Below, in pieces: positions 9,807 to 21,878 of a DNA stretch of 64,000 nucleotides. The stretch's first letter is position 1. Each line of letters starts with the position of its first letter. The notes beneath the pieces are model-generated. The model did no database searches and was not told the origin of the DNA. It was given only the letters and a program-made list of their open reading frames with translations. Source of the stretch: Naegleria gruberi (lineage: Eukaryota). Position numbers and translations under genes: made by a program. The stretch is from assembly GCA_000004985.1 (NCBI GenBank), contig GG738850.1. The stretch is one strand, 5' to 3'.

Positions 9807-10661
9807 ATGAAAAGATTCCTCAACACTTCATTGCTGCCATCATCAAGATCAACTCCTCGAAATGTAAAAGGTATTAACATGTCAAAATCCAATACATTAA
9901 AATCTTGTAAAAAACACTTCATAGAAACTTATAATCCTTTCAATGTCAAGTCAACAATAACACGATCATTTTCCATCAATCAATTGAATAGATTTAGTCA
10001 ACAGAATAATTTTCCGAGAACAACCTTTATCACTATTCGTACAACTTGTGCCTTGTGTGGACATGAAGGCCAATTTGATCAAGTTACTTCAACAAGTTCA
10101 TTTGGGAATTGTGATTTAGATATGAGACCAGCTCCTTTGGCAAGACATACATTGGTGGATGAGGTTCAGGAGTGTGAGTCGTGTGGTTTCGTCAATCAAT
10201 CCGTTGGAAAATGTGAAAATATTGAGGAAATGAAAAATATTGTCAAGTCTGACAAGTATCAAGAAGCATTGAAAGACGATAATAGCTTCCTTCTTTATGC
10301 ATTAATCAAAGAAGAGGAGCAGAATTACCTTGCATGTGCATGGAGTTATGTAAAATCAGCTTGGATTTTTGATGATAGAAATGAGAATGATAAGGCATCT
10401 ATTTCAAGAAGGAGAGCCATTGAATTCTTTGAAAAGAGTACAACTTGCCTAACTTTGGAGCAAAAGATGCTTATTGTTGACCTTTATCGAAGAACTTCTC
10501 AATTTGATAAGGCCTCCAATCTTGCAAATGATTTGTTGAAAAATGAAAAAATTGATAGCAAATTTCTAATTGGAATTTTGGAATATCAAAAGGATTTATG
10601 TAGATATAAGGATGTGGATTGTCATGTTTCTCCTGATGAAAATAAGATTTTCTTTCGTTAA
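9807..10661 (+). CDS. hypothetical protein with CxxC...CxxC motif
   Basis: The track ORF starts at 9762 on TTG, and the first in-frame ATG is at 9807 ('MKRFLNTSLL'). 'CALCGHEGQF...CESCGF' looks like a zinc-ribbon. No family assigned. Confidence 0.4.
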   Translation: MKRFLNTSLLPSSRSTPRNVKGINMSKSNTLKSCKKHFIETYNPFNVKSTITRSFSINQLNRFSQQNNFPRTTFITIRTTCALCGHEGQFDQVTSTSSFGNCDLDMRPAPLARHTLVDEVQECESCGFVNQSVGKCENIEEMKNIVKSDKYQEALKDDNSFLLYALIKEEEQNYLACAWSYVKSAWIFDDRNENDKASISRRRAIEFFEKSTTCLTLEQKMLIVDLYRRTSQFDKASNLANDLLKNEKIDSKFLIGILEYQKDLCRYKDVDCHVSPDENKIFFR

Positions 10662-10671
10662 ATAAAAAAAT

Positions 10672-10744
10672 TGCCGACACCAGGGATCGAACCAGGGACC
10701 TTAAGATCTTCAGTCTTACGCTCTCCCAACTGAGCTATGTCGGC
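10672..10744 (-). tRNA. tRNA-Phe (anticodon GAA)
   Basis: The reverse complement gccgacatagctcagttgggagagcgtaagactgaagatcttaaggtccctggttcgatccctggtgtcggca is near-identical to eukaryotic tRNA-Phe. The anticodon loop is ctGAAga. The T-stem has one U.U (cctgg/cctgg) where human has U-G. Confidence 0.85.
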
Positions 10745-11065
10745 TTCTTATTCAACTATTATTGAATGTTGTTATAAAACAATTTGTTTTCTCAGTTACA
10801 ACAAACTTTGTTCAGAACTCATCATTAACGAGCAGCATAATCTCAAATGTTGTTTCAAAATGATACAATGGGTAAAACCATATTATCCTTCCGATTATTG
10901 TTTGACGATCAAACTGTTTTACAACCATTATTCCTGAACTCCTGTCTCCGAACTTTTAAACTTGTTGTTGATTGGTTCGTGTGGTGTGATTGATGAAGAT
11001 AAACGATTGTCTCCTTCAAAAAGTGCTCCTTGTAACAAGCGCCAAAAATTCTTAGCGAAAAAAAA

Positions 11066-12274
<1,209 letters not shown>

Positions 12275-12520
12275 ATTGATTAAATGAATTTTTTAATTAA
12301 TTATTGTTTTTTATTTTTTGTAAAAGGTAACTTTAATTACTCTTGTTACCAGTGGAATTTATTCTAACTGTGCAACACATTCATGAAATGAAACTTTCTC
12401 GTTAATTAATTAAATAACAACAAAGGAAAATTTTACAATTTTCATTGTAAAAACAAATCATCAGTTAAAAGATTTTTCACCCAATCTATCACCTTAATTA
12501 TCCATTCAACGCCCTAAGTT

Positions 12521-13450
12521 TTAACCACCATAAAATCTATAAAGATATACCAATTTGGAATTACTGTCAATTTCCAATTCTTTCAATGTTTTAGCATATT
12601 CACTTAAAGGAATTAACTTTGATTTGTTAGCTATTACAACGTTTTGATCTGTTACACACAATCTATCTTCTAATCTATTGATAAACATTTCAAACGTATC
12701 ATTTGGATTCATATAAACTTTCATTTTCTTTCTAATTAATGATTCGATAGTCAGTTCAATTGAGCTGACTTGTGGGGAAAATTTGGAAATTTCCTCATTT
12801 TTCAACAAATCTTCACCAACAAATCTGAAAGCATTTGGATCTTGATTCAAAGCTGTCAACACAATTTCCCTGTCATTCTTGAGAGATTCTCCAACAAATT
12901 CCAATAATAATCCAGAGTGTCTCACAATTTCCAATATAAAACGTCTATCATTCAATAAATCTTGATTGGAAACAAATTGAATAGCTCGTGGATCACATTT
13001 AACAGCAACTCTGCAAATTTCCTCATCTTCTCTCATCTCAACACTCAAATTTTTAAATAGAATCCAATTTTTCTGAACTAATTCCTTGTTAACTACTTTG
13101 GGATCTCTTATTTTCAATCTTTTCTCAAATTCATCATGTAAAATAGCTTGAGAAATTAGTTCAGTGTCATTTCTCAAACTTTTGTGTAAATATTCGAAAC
13201 CTTTACTTCCATACTTGTTAATAACAGCAAGAGCCACCTCCCGATCTAAACTAAAATCGAATGGTTTCCGACTCGGAATGAAGGGCACATTCGAATTTCG
13301 CATCTGATTTATAACCATCAATTTTCTAGAGAGCTGATTTAATCGTTCCTTTGATTTCTGTAGCATTTCAATTCTAATAGATTGTAGTAATGGATCATCA
13401 TTATTACTGACAAAGTCTATGAGTAAAATTGTTACACAGTGTTCTTGCAT
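12521..13450 (-). CDS. DUF4116-repeat protein with C-terminal ubiquitin-like domain ending in Gly-Gly
   Basis: A 309-aa ORF with an ATG start. It has tandem repeats of about 35 aa ('EICRVAVKCDPRAIQFV', 'RFILEIVRHSGLLLEFV', 'REIVLTALNQDPNAFRFV') typical of DUF4116. The last 67 aa, 'MKVYMNPNDTFEMFINRLEDR...KLVYLYRFYGG*', align to the ubiquitin beta-grasp, and the protein terminates in GG immediately before the stop. Confidence 0.55.
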   Translation of the reverse strand: MQEHCVTILLIDFVSNNDDPLLQSIRIEMLQKSKERLNQLSRKLMVINQMRNSNVPFIPSRKPFDFSLDREVALAVINKYGSKGFEYLHKSLRNDTELISQAILHDEFEKRLKIRDPKVVNKELVQKNWILFKNLSVEMREDEEICRVAVKCDPRAIQFVSNQDLLNDRRFILEIVRHSGLLLEFVGESLKNDREIVLTALNQDPNAFRFVGEDLLKNEEISKFSPQVSSIELTIESLIRKKMKVYMNPNDTFEMFINRLEDRLCVTDQNVVIANKSKLIPLSEYAKTLKELEIDSNSKLVYLYRFYGG

Positions 13451-13506
13451 TCTTTTTTATTTTTGGATTTTTTAATATTATTCACTATTAATAGTTTAGT
13501 TTCGAT

Positions 13507-16500
13507 TTACTTTTTTCTACTGTCCTGCATTTCCCACTCACTATCCATTGGATTTTCCTCCAAATCAACTTCTCCAATCTTGACCAATTTCTTGGCAAAC
13601 TTTGGATTTAAAGCAAAATTCTTATATTGCATTTCAGGTTTAGGTTTTTCAATTTTAGTTTCTGGTTTAAGGCAACCAATTAGAATAAAGATACAACAAG
13701 TGAACATTAGAATGACTATCAAAACTGCCATGACAACAAGAGGGATCCATAGAATATCATTACCAGAGAATGTTTCAGGAAGAATAATTGGTTTAGCTTC
13801 TTCCACAATAATGATCTCTCCCCTTATTTCTAAAATACCTATCATTTGATTATCAAAACATGTGCAAACGCCTGTTGAGTTATCAGCCAGAGAAAATGAA
13901 CATGAAGGTGCATTAGTAATCTTTCCATCACTTAAAGTCTTGCATTCATATTTGTAAAAAACGTTTGAATTATTGTAGCCAACTTGTTCAGTAAGTGGAA
14001 TGAAAAACATGATAGGGGCTGTTAAGTTGTTCATATTTACCACTTGATTACTCGAGTTGACTATTGAAAGGAAAACAGTTGTTTTTGATTTGATGCTTGT
14101 TTTTGACTTGATAACTCGTTTAGGTTCTACAACCACAAACGAATCTGAATTGTATATTCCTTGATTATTAATGGAATATAATGAATAACTCCATGGTTTC
14201 ACGCTTGAGAGGGCAAGTTTTGGTAAAGTGACTTTTACACTCTGTGATGTAATATACATTTCTGAAAGCTCATCAGCAAAATGTCTATTTGAAGTAATGG
14301 TTGAATAACCAACATTGCTACTAGATGGCTCACTCCCTAATATCATATTTCTTTTGGATAATTCTGAAATGTAAGTTGAAAATTTCAAAAACTCAGAATC
14401 ATATTTCAAGTTGAATTCTAATTTGTTCACATTTTCGAACAATACTGAAATAAATCCTGACAGCAACTTTTCAACTCCATCTAAGAGTAAAATGTTCTTA
14501 TTTGAATAAGCTTCGCTCAAACATTTTTCAGAAGCATGAATCAAAAGCGACAATCTACCCTCATCTAGGGAGCTTACACTTTTAGAAAGTGAAAATGCTG
14601 AATAAATAAAGCTGGTGACAGATTCAGTAGTTAATGGATTAAGAGATTTTTCCCTTCCAACTTCTTCATTAGCCAAATTGGTTATAAAATCAAATTTAAG
14701 CTCCTCTATCAATGCATCAACATTTGAAGTGGAGGTAATTCTTTTTGTTGTTGAGTTTGACAATAGTTGGTCCTTAATCATTGTAACAATTGAGGTGATG
14801 GTTGCCGTGTTAAATACATTTTGAGAAAGAGTTTCTTCTTGCTTTTCCTGGATAGATCTTCTTGTCCAAGTCGAAATGAGGGATTTCAATTCTGTAATTT
14901 CACTAACAGTTGGTGGAATAATGGCGACACTGGTTTTGACAATCATATCAGTGTCGGTATCATGATCTACAATCTTAATATAGAGATCTAAGGTTCCAGA
15001 ATTTGATACTGGTAAATATTGAGACATTGATTTGTTTGATGATTGAGCAGAGCTGGAGGCTATTGGGATATTCAAACCTGAATAATTATCAATAAAACCA
15101 TATTCAAAATCAAAGGAGGGTTCTGTTTCACAATTTGGACATCTAAAAGAAAATTCTGTGCTAAGAGCATAACCAAGAGAAGGGGTTACTGAACATTCAC
15201 ACAGCTTTGGGAATTTCACAACCCTGAATTGATAAGACAAAGTTGAAGATAACCAACTAGATTCATCATCCACTCTTAGAGTGAGAATATAAACGCCTTC
15301 ATCCATATATTGAGTATCTATAATAATAGAGTTTGAGATAGACAATGGATTTCTCATTTTCTTTAGCAATGCTTGATCTATTTTAGTCCCATTAATCCTC
15401 CAAATTCTTTGAACGCGATTGATATCTTCAACTCCTTGAATTCCAACTTGAAGATTTAAAATCTCACCCTTTTTTACACTCTTTGGGTTCACAGAGCTGT
15501 AGAGAAGATTAATGACTGGTGGAATGCCAAACTTTGAATCTAAAGGGAAATTAATTTGTAAAGAGGAGGAGACATTCCTAAAACCTTTCACCACATTAAG
15601 GTTTATATCTATAGGAGCATTCCAAAAGCTTTGATTGTCTGGCTTGAAAATGGTTACATAGTTTGGTTCAGAATTGAAATTTAACAGAGAAGAACAAGTG
15701 TCCCCGTTCATAAAACAAGACCATAACATCTGTTCCTTCTCTGTTGTGTGGTCATTGTCAGTGAGGGAATATGCAAGAACGTATTTTGTCGAGGAGGCTT
15801 CTACTGCGAATAATTGCAAATCCAACTCTGAAATTCTAGTTTGAATGTTAAAGGTTGATGTAAATTTAGATGTTAAATACTCATTCATCGAGTTAAATTC
15901 AATTGAAAATGAATAGAGAGAATCCATCAGTGTAGAATATCTTGAAATAACCAAGTTGTTATAGTTATTTACAGAGAATGTTAGAGGAGGCCCATCTACC
16001 TTGGCATAGCTTGTAGTATAGGTAAAGTTAGAGGATACACAATTTGGATTGATTGTCTTTTTGAATACAATCGGTAAATCACTCACACTAACAACTTTGG
16101 AACCAATGAATACAGGAGGTTGTGGATCCGAGTTCATATCAAATGTGAAGGTAGTTTCACTTTCTGTTTTGAATAAGGTACTTTTCACTTTCAGTTTGAA
16201 AATGTGAACACCTCTGGAGTAGTCATTGAATTTGAAGAAGACAGTCTTAGCACCATTATTGTTGGCTTTCTGGAGGATAGTGTTAATCTTTGAATCTAAA
16301 GAGATAACACTCCACTCAAAAATGACAGGCTTTACATCTCTACTATAACTCTTCGATCCATCCAGAATGAAATCATCACATAATGAGTGTTTCTCTATTC
16401 TCACAGTAGGTGCCAATGGGGATGATGGAGGACTAACATTCATTTCAACAAAGGAGCCATTTGAATTCTCTCCTAGTACTTCCACATTGATATATAGGAT

Positions 16501-19500
16501 GCCCCCTAGTCTTAATGTAAAATCTTCACCAAGATTAATATAAAAGGTGCTATTTTTCCATTCACAAGACGGGAGAGTTCCTAAAAGCTCATTATTCAGA
16601 ACCACTTTTTTACAATCCACATAGTAAAGAGAAGGAAAAAATCCATTAGTTTCTAGGGAAATCTTATCGCCATTGTCTGAGAATTTCAAACCTGATTTAA
16701 AGCTCAACTGGCATTTGGCACCAAAATAGTTTTCCAAACAAGTCTCGCATTTAGTTCCTTTCCAAAATCCATTTTTCTGGTTCGAATAACATATACATGT
16801 TCCATTCATTTGGCATTCACCATGATAGGAACAAGATGAAGGTGAACTACATGGTGTTGTTTTACATTCTTCTCCAAAATAAGGATGCATGCATTGATCA
16901 CATTTATCTCCACTCCAGTATCCCTTAATATCATCTTGATAACAGGAGCAAGAATTCAGTTGTTTACATTCTCCATGACGACTGCAGACACTAGTATTTG
17001 AATACTCAATACCAAAGCAATAAAAGTTTTTACATTCTTTACCATAGAAACCATCTCTGCATTCACAAATATCAGGAGATTTACAATAGCCTTGACTTGA
17101 ACAAACATTATAACTCTGTGAAGATTTTCCATAACAGTTGAACAGATTGCATTCAGCTCCATAAAACCCTTCTTTGCAAGAACAATTATTTGGAGAAGTA
17201 CATATTCCATTTGATGAGCATACATTTTCACTGGCGAAATCTATGCTAAAGCAGGAATAATTGCTGCACGTTAATCCTTCATATCCATTTTCGCATTTGC
17301 ACAAGTTTGGGGCAATACATTCTCCATTTGAATGACAAGTTCCTGGATCATTATTTGAAATATTAAAACAATCAAATTGTTCACATTCATCACCGTAGTG
17401 ACCTATGTTGCAGGAACAATTGTTAGGACCTGCACAGGACCCGTTTGAAGAGCAAGCTATGGAATCATTCCTTTCAATCCCAAAACAGGAGAAGTCAGAG
17501 CAATCAACACCAAAGTAACCACTAGTTGTACAATTACATACATCCCTTGAGACGCAATCACCATTACCTGAACAAACATTGGTATTATTATTCAAAACTC
17601 CAAAGCAGTAGAAATTTTCACACCTATCTCCAAAGAAGTCAGAGAAACAATCACACTCATTTGGTTTGATGCACACTCCATTTCCTGAGCAGACCTCCTG
17701 GCTTGTATTCACAACCCCAAAACATGACGCAAATTCACAACTATCACCACTGAAACCATCAAAACAGGAGCAATTATTGTAATCAAAACATTGCCCTAAT
17801 GAAGAACATGCTAAGGAATGGTTTGAGGGATATCCAAAACATGTAAATTCATCACATTTTTCTGAAAGATATCCTTCAAAGCATAAACACTCATCACTAG
17901 AGACACATTTACCATTCCCACTGCAAACATTTGAGCTATTAGAAGAGTAACCATAACAATCGAAAAGAGAACATTCCAGTCCATGATATCCATCATCGCA
18001 TGAACAGTTATTAGGTCCTAAACACATTCCGTTTGAGGAACATACAGATGTCTCTGTTTCATTCTTTCCAAAGCATTCAAAGTGTTCACAATTATTGCCA
18101 TAAAAACCTTCCAAACATGAACAGTTACCTGGGGATACGCATAGACCATTAGATGAACATACAGCTGTTGAATTGTTTTCCAATGAGAAACAGGTAAACT
18201 TTTCACATTGGTTTCCATAATAACCTTCATAACAAGTGCAGTTGTTTGGTGAGGAACAAAGACCATTTCTTGAACAGGAATCCACTGTTGAACTCTCAAT
18301 CCCAAAACAATCATAAAAAGTACACTCTAAACCATAATATCCACTGAAACATGTGCAATTATTTGGGGAATGGCAATCACCATTTGAAGAGCAAACTGAA
18401 CAGTCCGTTTCATTCTTTCCAAAACATTGATGGTACTGACAATTATTTCCAAAATATCCTTCTTCACAAGTGCAGTTATTTGGAGAGTTACACTCACCTC
18501 TCGAAGTACAGACTAAGGTTGAATTGTGTTCAATGTTAAAACATTGATACATGTTGCACTCTATTCCATAGTATCCTTGATGACAGGAACAATTATTATA
18601 AGAAGAACAACAGCCATTATACGAGCATACTTCCTCTCTTGAATGCTCAATACCAAAACAATCGAATAATGAGCAATCCGTTCCATAGTATACTCCTTCA
18701 CAGGAACAATTATTTGGACTTGAGCAAATACCATTCCCAAAGCAAACACTGGAGTTATCTTTCCTTATTCCATGACAATTAAAATATTGACACATATCTC
18801 CATAGTAATTGGGACTACATGAACAATTATTGACAGTCACACACAACCCTCTCCCACTGCAGACTCCCGAAAAGTTAGCAGGAATATTGAAGCATTTAGG
18901 TATTTCACAACTACTTCCTATCCAAGAATCATTGCATGAGCAGGAATTAGGAGAGGAGCAATTACCATGATTGCTGCACACTCCGCTCTCTCCATTGGTT
19001 TTACCAAAACAAACAGGAGAACTACAATCTTTTCCTGTCCACATTGTAAAATCTGAACATGTACAATTATTAGGAGACACGCATGTTCCGTGTCCAGAGC
19101 AAGTTGCTGGGAGGTCTTTTTCAATTGAGTAACAATAGTAATTTTGGCAAAGGTTTCCACTATAGCCATTTGAGCAATCACAATGGTCAATGTAAGAGCA
19201 AACTCCAAACGAAGAGCAAACAGTTGAATTATTCCATAAAACTCCACCACAGCTGGTATGGGTCAATTTTCTAACTCTAAAATTCGAAGTATCTGCAATG
19301 AAAACTTCATTAGAAATATTTGAATACGAAATTGAGTAAACTGAATCAATTTGAGCAGACAGAGAATCTGTTCCATCACCCACACTCCCTGAATTCCTTG
19401 CAGATCCAGCAATTGTTCGTATAATTCCATTTGAATAAACCTTCCTTATTACATAATTATCACTGTCAGAAATAAGCATTTCACCTGCTGATGTAAAGGC

Positions 19501-20400
19501 TATTGATGTTGGACTGCTTAATTGAGCTTGTTTAGCTTGACCTCCATCTCCTAAATATCCACTCACACCTGTACCAACAACTGTGATAATCTTGTTATCT
19601 AATCCAACCTTTCTAATAACATTATTGCCAGTGTCAGCAATAAACAACTCGCCCGTTGTTGGTGATATGGCAACATCGTTAGGGCTGTTGAGTTTAGCAC
19701 TTGTGGCAACACCATTATCTCCACCATATCCTAACAGAGAACAAGTGCCTGCAGCTACACTCACAACCGTTCCACTAATTTTACCAATACAATGATAGGT
19801 ATAATCTGAAAAGTATAAGACTCCACTCGAAGAAACTGCCAATCCCAATACTTGACCAATAGTAGAACTGGTTGCAGTTCCTTCAGTCAAAGCTCCTTTT
19901 GTTCCTTTTCCAATAACTGTGGAAATAATTTGATTCGTTGATATCTTTCTAATTCTATAATTTAGAGAATCACCCAAATACAAAGTCCCGTCTCCACTAT
20001 AAAAAGCCAAAGCTTGAGGTTTGTTGAGCTTGGCAGATGTCGCTACACCATTATCACCAAAATACCCTCCTGAAGATCCAGTTCCTGCTATTGTTTTGAT
20101 AATTCCATTCGATACTTTCCTTATTCTGTGATATGTTTTATCGGCAATGTACAAATCTCCATTCGATCCTACTTCAATAGCATCTACATAACCAATTGAA
20201 GCATGACTAGGGGATACACCATCTCCAGAATTTCCCTCATTACCATCCCCAACATAGGAGGTGATAGTAAATCGCTCGATTTGATCTGTGACTACTACAC
20301 CATTAAGGCTATTCAATATGATTAATATTAATATAACAATATACATCACTCGGCTATTACGGATTATTGTACAACCATCCGATCCTTTTGACTTCATCAT
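13507..20400 (-). CDS. giant type-I membrane protein: signal peptide, NHL-repeat beta-propeller, ~30 tenascin-type EGF-like repeats, large Ser/Thr-rich ectodomain, single TM, short cytoplasmic tail (teneurin/attractin-like)
   Basis: A single 6.9-kb ORF of 2297 aa. The signal peptide begins at the third Met ('MYIVILILIILNSLNG'). Six NHL-like repeats follow ('YIADKTYHRIRKV', 'YFSDYTYHCIGKI', 'FIADTGNNVIRKV', 'LISDSDNYVIRKV', 'FIADTSNFRVRKL'). About 30 'CxxxxxCSGNGxCxxxxxCxCxxGYxGxxC' EGF repeats run through roughly 17.2-19.3 kb, and a TM helix 'ILWIPLVVMAVLIVILMFTCCIFILIGCL' lies about 55 aa from the C-terminus. Antisense ORFs within the gene are spurious. Confidence 0.75.
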   Translation of the reverse strand: MMKSKGSDGCTIIRNSRVMYIVILILIILNSLNGVVVTDQIERFTITSYVGDGNEGNSGDGVSPSHASIGYVDAIEVGSNGDLYIADKTYHRIRKVSNGIIKTIAGTGSSGGYFGDNGVATSAKLNKPQALAFYSGDGTLYLGDSLNYRIRKISTNQIISTVIGKGTKGALTEGTATSSTIGQVLGLAVSSSGVLYFSDYTYHCIGKISGTVVSVAAGTCSLLGYGGDNGVATSAKLNSPNDVAISPTTGELFIADTGNNVIRKVGLDNKIITVVGTGVSGYLGDGGQAKQAQLSSPTSIAFTSAGEMLISDSDNYVIRKVYSNGIIRTIAGSARNSGSVGDGTDSLSAQIDSVYSISYSNISNEVFIADTSNFRVRKLTHTSCGGVLWNNSTVCSSFGVCSYIDHCDCSNGYSGNLCQNYYCYSIEKDLPATCSGHGTCVSPNNCTCSDFTMWTGKDCSSPVCFGKTNGESGVCSNHGNCSSPNSCSCNDSWIGSSCEIPKCFNIPANFSGVCSGRGLCVTVNNCSCSPNYYGDMCQYFNCHGIRKDNSSVCFGNGICSSPNNCSCEGVYYGTDCSLFDCFGIEHSREEVCSYNGCCSSYNNCSCHQGYYGIECNMYQCFNIEHNSTLVCTSRGECNSPNNCTCEEGYFGNNCQYHQCFGKNETDCSVCSSNGDCHSPNNCTCFSGYYGLECTFYDCFGIESSTVDSCSRNGLCSSPNNCTCYEGYYGNQCEKFTCFSLENNSTAVCSSNGLCVSPGNCSCLEGFYGNNCEHFECFGKNETETSVCSSNGMCLGPNNCSCDDGYHGLECSLFDCYGYSSNSSNVCSGNGKCVSSDECLCFEGYLSEKCDEFTCFGYPSNHSLACSSLGQCFDYNNCSCFDGFSGDSCEFASCFGVVNTSQEVCSGNGVCIKPNECDCFSDFFGDRCENFYCFGVLNNNTNVCSGNGDCVSRDVCNCTTSGYFGVDCSDFSCFGIERNDSIACSSNGSCAGPNNCSCNIGHYGDECEQFDCFNISNNDPGTCHSNGECIAPNLCKCENGYEGLTCSNYSCFSIDFASENVCSSNGICTSPNNCSCKEGFYGAECNLFNCYGKSSQSYNVCSSQGYCKSPDICECRDGFYGKECKNFYCFGIEYSNTSVCSRHGECKQLNSCSCYQDDIKGYWSGDKCDQCMHPYFGEECKTTPCSSPSSCSYHGECQMNGTCICYSNQKNGFWKGTKCETCLENYFGAKCQLSFKSGLKFSDNGDKISLETNGFFPSLYYVDCKKVVLNNELLGTLPSCEWKNSTFYINLGEDFTLRLGGILYINVEVLGENSNGSFVEMNVSPPSSPLAPTVRIEKHSLCDDFILDGSKSYSRDVKPVIFEWSVISLDSKINTILQKANNNGAKTVFFKFNDYSRGVHIFKLKVKSTLFKTESETTFTFDMNSDPQPPVFIGSKVVSVSDLPIVFKKTINPNCVSSNFTYTTSYAKVDGPPLTFSVNNYNNLVISRYSTLMDSLYSFSIEFNSMNEYLTSKFTSTFNIQTRISELDLQLFAVEASSTKYVLAYSLTDNDHTTEKEQMLWSCFMNGDTCSSLLNFNSEPNYVTIFKPDNQSFWNAPIDINLNVVKGFRNVSSSLQINFPLDSKFGIPPVINLLYSSVNPKSVKKGEILNLQVGIQGVEDINRVQRIWRINGTKIDQALLKKMRNPLSISNSIIIDTQYMDEGVYILTLRVDDESSWLSSTLSYQFRVVKFPKLCECSVTPSLGYALSTEFSFRCPNCETEPSFDFEYGFIDNYSGLNIPIASSSAQSSNKSMSQYLPVSNSGTLDLYIKIVDHDTDTDMIVKTSVAIIPPTVSEITELKSLISTWTRRSIQEKQEETLSQNVFNTATITSIVTMIKDQLLSNSTTKRITSTSNVDALIEELKFDFITNLANEEVGREKSLNPLTTESVTSFIYSAFSLSKSVSSLDEGRLSLLIHASEKCLSEAYSNKNILLLDGVEKLLSGFISVLFENVNKLEFNLKYDSEFLKFSTYISELSKRNMILGSEPSSSNVGYSTITSNRHFADELSEMYITSQSVKVTLPKLALSSVKPWSYSLYSINNQGIYNSDSFVVVEPKRVIKSKTSIKSKTTVFLSIVNSSNQVVNMNNLTAPIMFFIPLTEQVGYNNSNVFYKYECKTLSDGKITNAPSCSFSLADNSTGVCTCFDNQMIGILEIRGEIIIVEEAKPIILPETFSGNDILWIPLVVMAVLIVILMFTCCIFILIGCLKPETKIEKPKPEMQYKNFALNPKFAKKLVKIGEVDLEENPMDSEWEMQDSRKK

Positions 20401-20727
20401 TTCTTCCGTGATGATATTGAAGGTAAGGTTATTAAATTCCTCACTAACTTGTTGTTGAGGCTTTTTTTACAGTATTTTACTGTAATGTGACTTACTGCAG
20501 GCGAAATATTAATATTGAATTACTAAGTAACCATTCCAAATGGAACAAATTCATTTCACAATCAATTCATCTCGAAAGTTGTCAATCAAATAATATTGGA
20601 GAAATAAAAATCACAGCATTTTTTTTATTGTTTTTTTCAATATTGTTATTCAAGTATGGTCCTTAAGAGGTCTTTGTAAACAAGTGGTTCTTCAATCATT
20701 CTAATTGAAATACTCAAATATAAAAAA

Positions 20728-21648
20728 ATGTCTCAAAAGCTTGTGCTAATTACTGGTGTTTCTCAGGGCATTGGAAATGCATTGATGAGAAATCTATTGG
20801 CTAAGTCTTCATATAAGATTATTGGAACTGTTAGAAATGCAAGTGATAAAGAGAAAGTCATGCAATCACTTGTTTCCGATCGGACTAAAAGTAATTTGGA
20901 TGAAAGAGTGACCCTTGTAAATATTAATTTTCTCAAAGAATTGCAGAATAAGCAAGAAGCCAATGATTGGATCAAGTCAATCAGTGCAGATGCTTCTAAA
21001 CATTTCCAAAATACCTTTACTGCCCCAAATATTCTCATCAACAATGCAGGAATAATGTTGAAAAATGATGAAAATTTCAAGAACATGTCAACTGTTCAAT
21101 TGGTGAGAGATACATTGAAGGTTAACTTTTTTACTCCATTCTATTTGAGTGAGAGTTTATTGGACATTAGTTCCTCATCAGCTCATTCCCCAACCATCTT
21201 GAATTTGGGAGCCAGAGTATGTAAATTATCAACCAACAATTATCTGAAATCAATTCCAGAAATTGGAGAAACTCTCAAAGATAAAGTATTCACTCCAGAA
21301 AAATCTCAACTCACCTCAGAAGATTTATATCATCTTCTCACTCAATCAGTTATGAAAAATCCAGATTACATGTCTACTGAAAGAATATCCAAAATTCCAG
21401 CAGCACTTCCAGATGCTCCCTATCTTGTTTCAAAGGTTTTCCTTCATGCATTGACTAAAATTGAGGGAACAACTCGTCAAAACGCTCAAGTCAATGCTGT
21501 AGATCCTGGTTGGGTCAACACTAGATTGACCTCCTTTAAGGCTCCACTCACACCAGATAAGGCAGCTCAAAACATTCTCCAACTCTTAGACACACCTCTT
21601 CAAAATGGACAACTCTATGGAGATGGAAAACTCATCACTTATGTATAA
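20728..21648 (+). CDS. short-chain dehydrogenase/reductase (SDR, carbonyl-reductase-like)
   Basis: A 306-aa ORF. It has the Rossmann motif 'LITGVSQGIGNAL' (TGxxxGIG), an 'NNAG' motif and a catalytic 'YLVSK' (YxxxK). Confidence 0.75.
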   Translation: MSQKLVLITGVSQGIGNALMRNLLAKSSYKIIGTVRNASDKEKVMQSLVSDRTKSNLDERVTLVNINFLKELQNKQEANDWIKSISADASKHFQNTFTAPNILINNAGIMLKNDENFKNMSTVQLVRDTLKVNFFTPFYLSESLLDISSSSAHSPTILNLGARVCKLSTNNYLKSIPEIGETLKDKVFTPEKSQLTSEDLYHLLTQSVMKNPDYMSTERISKIPAALPDAPYLVSKVFLHALTKIEGTTRQNAQVNAVDPGWVNTRLTSFKAPLTPDKAAQNILQLLDTPLQNGQLYGDGKLITYV

Positions 21649-21878
21649 AAACCATTGTAAAACATTGAATGTGTTGTTTTTTTCAAGAGAATGAACTTGT
21701 TCCTTTGCATCTCCTTCGAACATCTCAGAACATCCAAAGCAGCTATTTTAGGAACTCACTCAAATCTATTCAACATTTTTTCAATCACAAAAAAATATCA
21801 TCATTTAAAATCTGGTGTTGTTTTGATCAAATTGAAAAAATAGATCATCTTGTAAATTAAAGAGAATATATAAAGACA

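Noticed and set aside
14615-19795. Multiple 60-110-aa ORFs on the plus strand inside the giant NHL/EGF gene (e.g. 14615-14824, 18351-18539, 19083-19274, 19583-19795), plus same-strand alternate-frame ORFs (16956-17231, 18018-18314, 18918-19250)
   Set aside because: All are antisense or alternate-frame readings of a long, clearly coding repeat-rich gene. The Cys codons of the EGF repeats read as low-complexity Met/His/Val in other frames. There is no independent support.
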